A DNA stretch of 59,954 bases, counting the filler, from Sphacelaria rigidula (lineage: Eukaryota), in NCBI GenBank assembly GCA_964200075.2. It is 10 parts of 10 records of this genome, joined end to end, with 100 filler letters (N's around TTAATTAATTAA, not from the genome) between each part and the next. Parts side by side here need not be neighbours in the genome. Positions count along the whole stretch, not along the records: positions 48,045 to 53,949 come from CAXNAA020023596.1; positions 54,050 to 59,954 come from CAXNAA020023597.1; 8 more parts are not named here. One strand, given 5' to 3'. Numbering within the stretch: the stretch's first letter is position 1; each line of letters starts with the position of its first letter. The position numbers and the translations under genes were made by a program. Shown piece by piece: positions 50,901 through 59,954 of the stretch. The notes beneath the pieces are model-generated. The model was given only the letters and a program-made list of their open reading frames with translations. It ran no database searches and had not been told where the DNA came from.

Positions 50901-53900
50901 GAAGTACGCGACGAAGAAGCAAAAGAATGATGCATGCATCTGCAGGTTTTGTTTCACACTTGCCGAGCAAAATCTCGGCATTTGTCGCCCGTTACTTTCA
51001 GGTGCTCCGGTACGACTTTCATGTCCCACTTGAAGTACTCTTCGAGTTTCGAATACAGCTGTTGCGACACGCGGACAAGTTCAGGTGCCCATGCTGCGTA
51101 TTGAGTCGTGACCGAAGGATTTTCCCCCCACGGTCAATCAGATGGCTGCATTTGGCGCACTTGACATTGATACGCGGAGCTGTACCTGGAAGTGCCCCAA
51201 CTTTCCTCAGGTATACCTGAACGTGACCATTTCCGGAATCTAGATCGATGACTCGTAGAACACAGGGGCGTTCATCGATCCCTTAGTTGGTACGCATGCA
51301 CCCACTTGGAAAATGCAGAGGGCGTGAAGTTTGTGGTGGGAACCACTTGAGTTGCGCGGAAGCTCGCGGATACAGAGCGAGTGGGGCATCAGCTCCGTCG
51401 ACGGCGAAACCAAATACACGGACCTTGCGAAAGCTTGGGGCCTCGCTTCGACATAATCTTGTTCTCGCCTACCCGCGCGGCGTTCTCGACGGTATTGATT
51501 GAAACTCCGGTACATGGCGAAATCCCCAATGCGGCGACTTGTTGCGTTCAGCACTCGCGCCGTCGGAGGTGAGTTCGTGTACGAGTAGGCTGTCATGCCG
51601 TTGGGGAGGGATACGACACTGAAAACCATCATGTCACGCACGTCTGCAGTGTTGAGTGCCACCGACACCATGCGTATGCGTGAGCAATGTTTGGTGGGCA
51701 ATGGTTAGCTCGGGTGCGTGGGTGCGAGTCTAAATGTACTGTCGGTGCCGAATCGCGCGGGGAGGGGAAATCTTGGGGGGAGGGGGGGCGTACTCATTTG
51801 CTGCTTACCTTAGTCGTGTGGCCATTGACCACGCATCCCTTTCGAGACGGAGCATCTTGGGGGGGGGGCGATTTTTTTTTCTAGGGTTTCTCGCTGTCGC
51901 CATTATTTCCCGTGTAAGCCTAAATGTCGCGCACAACTTTCCTTTACTTGTCGGGGGATGGTCGAACACGTGCGGGCGTTCAGTTCACGTGACTTTAGTG
52001 TACAAGGGCGCGTTTTCTCGTATATTCTCCCAGCGTCAAGAGAGAGGAAACGAATGATGAATGATGGTGTAATTTTGAAAGGAAAGCTATAATATATATA
52101 TATATATATATATTTATACCAGTGCGTGCACCAACCGATCGAAATCTACATGAACTCGCATGAGCTAATGTCGAGGAAGCCTTCTGCTGGTCTGTAAGGT
52201 ATGTCTGGGGTGTATCACACTGTATTGGCTACATGAATATCGGCCGGTAGCCGTTCTGCAAGAGGAACGTTTGTAACGATCTTTGAAAAGAATATCCTGA
52301 CGTTGTGTGATAAACCAATTCATGGAGAGGTGGAAAGGTGTACAAGTACGGTAATCAAGTTTTTGCGCAAGGACGCATGTCTAGTTTTCTATAAACTTGA
52401 ATCGAATTTTGACAAAAAAAAAAAATGTCCGGCACGAATCAGCCCAAAACCCCGAATCTCTGTTTGACAAAAAAAAAAATACCCAACACGCTTACCGTCG
52501 CAGCTGACATCATGTTGTACCAACGTGGTAGATGATTGCTCCATAAGCAGGCGCGTGCGGAGGATGTCGCCTCCAAGTGCAGCCGCACACTATGTCTGCG
52601 AGCACCCCGCGAACGCGAAGAGGTGGGAAGGGAGTGACACGCATGATCTAACAACAGCACCGCCATGGCAATACAGATCGCGACAGCTTTCGTCATGCAA
52701 GTCCCGCACCCTAGACTGGTCGATATGGTTTGAAGAAACATCGGTCAACTCTATCGAAAAAAAAAGTGACATGCTGCAGCTGGAATGTATATTGCACTAA
52801 ACACGTGTTGCGCAGCACGTATCGAACGACCAACATATGTACATAAAGACGTGTTATAATGTGTGGGGTTGATCGTATTGCCCGAGCAGTATATATTGGA
52901 ACGCACAGCGGGTCTTCGCGTCGCCATAACGACATATATTGGGACGCACAACGGGCTACCAGATTGCCCGAACAACATGTGTTGGAACGCATGAGCGTAC
53001 TATGTACGTTGCGCCAAAACATATTTTGCGCCTGCAGGCCAGCCCGCATGTTGGGCACCGGACATATGCATGTAGCGCACGAAGTTCACGCAAGACATAT
53101 TGCATAGGCTATATATATATATTGCTTAATTTGACATTGGGTTATATATTTAGATATAGATATGGATAAGCATGAATGGCGCTCGTTTGACATTGGACGA
53201 AGTATTGACAATATGTGTCGCTGTACTATCCGAAGCAGGATATTGTGCGATTAGTATGTATCGAGGCTGTGAGTGGCCGGATATGTTGTGCGGCTGATAC
53301 ATTTCACACTTTCGATGGCCCATATTGTGTCGGCATAATACATGTGCCGGGCCGCCTCTTGTGCCATTTTTTTTATCGTTCAACACATACTGCACACGCT
53401 CGACCAATGAATTGCAGGGGCGATATACAGTATATCACATATGTTGACCCCAACAGGGAGTGTTACGTTTGATACATACATGCGTGGACAAAGATAATGC
53501 GGAAGACACGTGCACAACACAGTAGCTAGCAGCATAAGATCCGGAGGTGGTCAAGCCTTGACGCAAGGTATACTCATCAATGGCATTGAAGCGGCGACAT
53601 CCCAGTGATCCAACTGATTTACAAGTTCAAGCATCGCCACTTGTATGGTCGAATTTCGTGTGCTTAAATCTGGACACTCAGCAGAGGCTTTTGTTCTGGG
53701 TACCGTTGTTCGAAAGCAGGGGAGCAGGGTTTGGCAGAACGATTATATGACTGTCGACAGGCTGCGAGAATGCTGATCCACATCACCGGGGTGACTAGAG
53801 ATGGATCGACCCCTCCAAACGACGAGCCTGTCGGCACCAAAACGAGGGGCAGTACAGGTGCGACAAACATATCCACGGTTAGGACGAATCATCACGACTA

Positions 53901-55126
53901 CGAATCACCAAATCCACGATTTCTTCGGCCTGATTGCCCAAAAGGGAGANNNNNNNNNNNNNNNNNNNNNNNNNNNNNNNNNNNNNNNNNNNNTTAATTA
54001 ATTAANNNNNNNNNNNNNNNNNNNNNNNNNNNNNNNNNNNNNNNNNNNNAGAATACCGAGACCCTCGAAAAAGACGGACGGGACCGGGGCGCAGCCCCGG
54101 GTCCCGTGCGGCTTGTGTACACATTGAGGTAATAACAGCATCGGGGTTTGCGCCCTGGCGCCAGGCGAGGGTCCAAGCTCGATCTTGACTAGTGCTCAAG
54201 GCCGATCATACATAGGCCACTCATACATCGTGCTTGCATGCCGCCCGAGACGATAGATGGTGGTGTCACTGCCAAATCCTGATACGGGGCGGTATACCGA
54301 ATCGGTTCCATTGATGAGTAACATCGGTATCCTCGTGAAGGTGGGGGTGTGGGAAAAGCAGGGCATGAAACAACGCTAACGCTATGTGACAGCGCGGCAC
54401 ATCCACCCACGGAACACACAACCATTCCGGCCATGGCACACCAACTGCACTTTACGTGATATTTACTGCGCATGACCTTAACCCCAGTTCGTCGCCTGAT
54501 TTACTGATTGATTGATTGCGTCACATCGAGTGGCAAGCTATGAATCCAGCTGACGTTTCAAGCTATACGAGAGTGATTTATGTAGGGAAACCAAAAAACT
54601 CGCCGCGTAAAAAGCTGGAAAAGCGAGGCAAAAAAAAAGCGCTGAAGCGGGAATGAAACGAACCTAAACAAAGCCAACAAAGTGGAAAAGATACCGGGCG
54701 TACAACGGTCCCGAACAACATCCCGACAAGCCACTTACTGGGTCACAAACAGCAAACAGGGCTCCGTACAAAAAAAGGTCATGGAGGCAGGTAGCGACTC
54801 GGCCATCCGTGAAACCGCACATGTGTAGGGAGAAACTCTCGGCCACAAGATTCGAAATGAGAAGACACGAACAAGAATACGACACGGGGATAAGTGGAGC
54901 AGACTATCTTCCTTTTCGGAAGAGCGACGAGCTAGGGCATACCTACAAGTATATCAAACCTATGGTCTCGAGAACCTGGAGCCTTAGAATCAGTCTAGTC
55001 CATGTCCATGGCGAGGTACCAAGTGCACACGACTTTTGAGGGGCTACAGGGCACACCCTCGATGATGACAAGCAAAAGGTCACATAGAGAAGTGCTACCA
55101 GTGCTGGGTACCTGTAAAGCGCTCAC

Positions 55127-55204
55127 CTGTTCTGGCAGCCAGCCCGTAAGCGCGAAGAGGTCAATGCCCGAATTGCTGCCCGGAAAGTCATAGCCACCGT
55201 TGAC
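55127..55204 (-). CDS. CAPN7: Calpain-7/PalB-like cysteine protease, exon 4 of 4 visible
   Basis: [26 protein letters not shown], the calpain-7/Pal[20 protein letters not shown] signature; AAG acceptor, GTGAG donor, 78 bp. Confidence 0.93.
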
Positions 55205-55449
55205 CTTGACATAAACGACCAACAACCAAGTCGGAGTTCAATACAGGCCGCCGCGGCTGGGTGGTGAAAAATTCAATCACAATGGAACAACTGACATAAT
55301 GAGGATAGAAAGAACGTGGGTTCGGTTCCCATCAGATGCGTAGCAGAAAGACCCTGTTCAACTGAGCTTATTACACAAGAGCCGACGCGGTGTGGGAGTA
55401 CTGATTGTCATTATCCAATCCGTGACACCAAGATACCAGGCGTGTACCG

Positions 55450-55541
55450 TACCGGGGGGATGGACATGGATGGATCCCTTGTGACCACGGACTCGTCCCG
55501 AGGTCCCGAGGAAGGGGAGGGGTTCAAAGTGTGACGAAAAA
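55450..55541 (+). mobile_element. SINE/LINE 3'-end fragment, antisense within a calpain intron
   Basis: Matches 11102-11190 (gatccctt g.gaccacgg..cccgaggaaggggaggggttcaaagtgtga). Confidence 0.8.
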
Positions 55542-55590
55542 TGCACCAATACCAAAGGCCGGTCGATGGATGCACGGTGTGATGACTTAC

Positions 55591-55701
55591 CTTGAGGTAA
55601 GCCTTTTCGATTATGCTAACCCAGAGCTCTGTCTTGTCCTGCGAGGCAGAACACAGAGGTCGTCCGCGGTCTCCGTACGGCAGCACGTCATCCACCACCA
55701 C
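55591..55701 (-). CDS. CAPN7: Calpain-7/PalB-like cysteine protease, exon 3 of 4 visible
   Basis: VVVDDVLP...LCSAS..KTELWVSIIEKAYLK; CAG acceptor, GTAAG donor, 111 bp. Confidence 0.93.
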
Positions 55702-56324
55702 CTGCATAGCGAGTAAAGCGTGGGGGGGTGCCGCACGCGTCACTTTTGTCATCCGTGGATTACCTGTAGACGTGAAGAACATATTTTAGTCTAGGTACCA
55801 GGGAGGTTTCAATAGAGGCGGTGTGCAAAGCTCAAAGAGCATATTCGACTGATTGTTGCATTTATCTAATCCCCCAGGGATTCAACCGTGCTCAGGTCAC
55901 ACGATAGTCGTAGCCGAGATAAAAACAAAACAGAACAAAACAGAAAACCCGCTGACGAGAAGTGAAGAAGACAAATGGAAGGCAGAAGAGACGAACAGAG
56001 TAGACTACGAAGAGAATAGAAGTAATGAGAAAACAAGGAAAAAACAAAACAAAAAAGACGAAGAAAAAAAAAACTAGAAAAGGCTGGTCTCTGCCACATG
56101 GCTTCGATGGAAAAGGTCTTGCGCAAACTACACACTCATACCCAATCAATCGCAAAAAACAGGCCGTGAGAGATATATGCGACCATTTCCCACTGTAAAC
56201 GGTCTCCAAGTACTAGTAGTAGTAGCAACAGCATGCATGGATGGGATAAGATCCACGAATGAAATGATGACTAAGGATCAATGGCAAAACACAGCAATGG
56301 AAAATAGCCCATCCGTATTCGTAC

Positions 56325-56402
56325 CTTTCGGGCCACTCCGTTGATGGTGAGCTTCACCATGTATTTGCCGTCAGGGTTGTACACAGGCACCCGCCGCTCG
56401 TC
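56325..56402 (-). CDS. CAPN7: Calpain-7/PalB-like cysteine protease, exon 2 of 4 visible (absent from the ORF track)
   Basis: DERRVPVYNPDGKYMVKLTINGVARK; CAG acceptor, GT donor, 78 bp. Confidence 0.92.
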
Positions 56403-56856
56403 CTGTGACTCAATTTGCACCAGCAGATCGGAGGAAGACTTTCTTCAGGCAAAGCGTGGGCTGCACGGCAGAGTCTGAGCTGCACGATTGTGCCGCGGTG
56501 ATTATTACAGTATCACACGTCTAGCGGCGATGATAGTAGTGAGTCGTTGCACTGCAGCATGTAGAGAATACGGTATTGCTGCAGGACATAAGTTCCCCGC
56601 CTTTCACTCATGAGAACATCCGTGCCGAGCAGCGGCCTTGCCTTGCCGCATGTTTCTGGCGCCAGGTCCCATCGGAAATATACAAAGAGTGTTCGAGAGT
56701 AAATTTTACTTCACTTGCCGTCGTATCGCTTTTCACTTCAGGCGGGCTTTGGAAGGGTGACAAGCGCAGGTACGGCATTTGTTCCTACTGATACCAAGCG
56801 TGGTCTAGCAGTAGCGGCCAGGAGGGGGGGGGGGGGAAGAGGGGGGGAAAGCTCAC

Positions 56857-56958
56857 CTGTGGGTACACGATGCTCGTGATGAGCTGCTTATGAAATCGTC
56901 GCTCGAAGGCAGACGCGATACACAGCGAGGCTACGAAGCTGCAGTCGGTGATCAAATC
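56857..56958 (-). CDS. CAPN7: Calpain-7/PalB-like cysteine protease, exon 1 of 4 visible (catalytic Cys)
   Basis: DLITDCSFVASLCIASAFERRFHKQLITSIVYPQ with the DCSFVASL active-site motif; CAG acceptor, GTGAG donor, 102 bp. Confidence 0.93.
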
Positions 56959-59954
56959 CTGAACAAACGGAGAAGAATACAAACATCAGAGCGCGAAAAG
57001 AGCGTCGGCGAACGGCAGGGGCAATGTTATCAGGACGCTCCGACAATGATAGGGCCAGAGAAACAAATAGGAAAAACCAGAAGCACTCAAGAACCCAGGG
57101 GGGGGTCGTTTGATCATTGACCACGCATCCCTTTCGAGACGGAGCACCGTTGCTACTCCTAGTAGACACCTCCAACATTTCGGTGCTCATTACGCTCCTT
57201 CCATATATTATTACATAATAACATTTTACAAATCTCTTATCCCCGTCCTGTTTCGCCTTCTGTGAGAAACGAGGGTGGGGGGGGAAGGGAATCAATAATC
57301 GTGGCGCATAACGCACATCAGGTGTCACAAGCAAACGTACAAGCGAAAAGCGCCTCGTTGTAGGTTCGACGGTGTACGTTGAGTGCTACATTAATATAAT
57401 AGTAGAATCGAAAACAATCGCCGCAAGAAAGTAAGGCGCTTGTCAAATGCTATGCCACTCTGCACCACTGGAATAGCACACACAAGTTCGGAGCGATTTT
57501 TCAAATAAGATAAAGAGAACTGTTATTTCTCCTCGTTCCTCGAAATTGCGCCGCATTCCAGAATCTCAAATGATCCTTTGAAGGCATGCTATGAGATACA
57601 CACGAGGACGATGGGGGCACAGCTCGTATTGTTGGAAAGCTGAGGGCTGCAGCTATCCAACTATAACGCTTCGCGCTACACCAGCACGTGCTGCGCTCGT
57701 GGTAAATGAGTCAAAAAGAGCACTTCAAACAGGGTATCCGCGATTATGGCAGTTTTCAGGGGCGAGGTGTCGAAACCAGCACGCAAAACCAGTTGCGGTG
57801 GAAAGCCTGAAATAAGGCAAATGTTTTGTCGGTCATTTTTCTTCCAGCTCTCAACTGCTCGTGACGCTCCTGATGCATGGCCGTTTGCACGTGACAACTG
57901 CGGAATTGACTGCTGCAGCAGCATGCCGAGTTTTCCGCTTATTTGACACAACTCGAGGCCAACTGCTTCCTTTCGAATGGTACATGTTGCAGTACGACGG
58001 TCTTGTCCGTGCGACTCACAGGTGCGATCGCTTGCTGAAAATATCGTAGAACGATCACCTTTACAGGCCTTTGCGCCCCGAAAGTTACAGGAGCAATTCC
58101 GAAGACGCTTGGAGATTATGTCTACAGGAAAACGGTGAATGGTGAACAAGAAGAAATACGTCGACGAGAGAGCATCGGTTCGATGACGAATTTGCCACAT
58201 GCATCCGACTTATCCCCCACCGTTAATTGCTCTGCACTATTGCGTTGATTGCAATATCGGGCGAGAAAAGGATGATAAAAATGCTGTGGAATCTGCTACG
58301 TGCAGTAAAAGAGGTGAACAGCTACTCTACACGTACCTCGACGCTGGATCATCCATTTGTTTTCAGGCTGGATTATTTATATAAGCCCGGTTCATGCCCA
58401 TCATGCCCATCGTTTGTTGGCATTGAGTCCAAGTATTTGACGAGCTATGCATCACTGGTTTAATGAAACGCCAACAAGAATACACTTTTTCTCGCAAGTA
58501 TAGATATTTTGGCAGCGAAACTACTGCTCTAACCTTCATTTTTGAGTTGAGTTGCTAGTTGTTCATTCAAGGATCAGCTTTATCAGCGGCAAGCGACCAC
58601 GAAATATCTAGTTTCCCTCCAGATTTCGTCGAGACCCTACGAGAAAGTCACGGAGGATGATGACCGTCCAGACAATGAGACTCCATGAAAAGATGATGGG
58701 CCAGAGATCGTACACCAAAAAGTGTTTTTTTTCACCAAATTCACCGAATGTTACGGAATATACCGTTTTCAAAACTCTTCTGTTCCACTTCATTTTTTTC
58801 CCTGACCGATCACATCTTCACCCTAGGCCAGGTCAATGTGCGCCCCAAGCAGGATGGGTCTTGATAGTGAGCGAGATATGTTCAAGTCGCACTTTGACGC
58901 AACACCGTATTTAAAATTCTACACCATTTCAAGCCAACGGGTTGAGGACTTCTAGTTTGAAGCACAGAAGTTACCAAATCCCTTCAACGACAACAAAATC
59001 AACATGTGCCGTAAGACTCGCTTGCCTGTTTGATGCTGTAGGGATTAACGTTTTTGATCATGGCTGGATCTCCCTTGATCATGTCCTTCGGTCGCCCCCA
59101 CCTGTGAAGCAAAGACGATATTCAATACGCTACGCTGTCATACGGGTATTCGCGGCAGGCACTAGCGCAGTATCGTAACATAGTGTATATCTCCCACGAG
59201 AGTTAATTCATATCGTGGTTGCGAAATCAATGGGCGTATCTCGTGGCTGTCATCACCAAATTGATCTATATGATGACCATCTTGTGATTCCATCTGACTT
59301 CGTAACGGTACTTTTTCATAAGACGATATCGATCTATCCGTCACATCCATCACATCCATCACAAATGCCAAATGAAGGAGTGCATATCATTTAAATACAC
59401 ATCATCGTGGGAATATGCGAAAATCATCATCAATGCGCGACAATAAATGAACCCGTGATGAAGACATTGAATCTTCAAGGCTGTGACAGCGATTTCAAGG
59501 AGTAAATGCCGCGACTGTGTTCGCCACTCCACGAGTGAAAATGTCATGGATGAGTCATGCTACGATACGGGCGGGGGGTATTTCGGGCCATTTCTTTCAC
59601 GAAATTCCACTTCAAATCATCGTTGAAATCAGCAACGGTTGTTCGACCGCGCATGTTGCCGATAATTGACACTAATTGATACCACTTGACACCCTTTTCA
59701 CCCAAATACAAGCGCACCGCGAGTGTGTTAGGTCGTCTGACACACCTACATGACCTCTTTTTTTTGTCGAATCACCCCGCCCCTCCCCGGCCTATCCGCC
59801 TCGAAAGGGATGTGTGGTCACTGGTCGAACGACTGAGGCAAGCAAAAAATGAGTACACCCGCCTGGTGACGCTGTGACGCACCCATGAGGCAGTGTACAA
59901 GCCGTGGGTGTCTCTGGAAGTGGTGATACCACAGAATAAAGCAACTCATTGTAG

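Overview
This window is not a contiguous locus. It is ten unrelated assembly contigs (four of 5906 bp, six of 5905 bp, apparently length-sorted) joined by artificial 100-bp spacers (44 N + TTAATTAATTAA + 44 N). The DNA is eukaryotic, intron-rich and repeat-rich; short GT-AG exons, long introns and TTAGGG repeats suggest a brown alga or another stramenopile (inference). The best-supported content is: (1) a defective Ty1/copia LTR retrotransposon assembled as a circularly permuted unit with one LTR, a 116-bp exact end overlap and the integrase catalytic core deleted (30030-35934); (2) four phase-0 exons of a calpain-7/PalB-type protease (55127-56958, minus); (3) the last exon of a GT1 UDP-glycosyltransferase (5059-5310, minus); (4) a LINE RT fragment; (5) many non-autonomous elements, including two hAT-type copies with 8-bp TSDs, a TTAA-flanked piggyBac-like element, MITEs, a 447-bp foldback, a tRNA-derived SINE and an array of palindromic units. 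Most ORFs in the supplied track are spurious. I found no convincing new multi-gene system, and neighbourhood arguments across the spacers are invalid.
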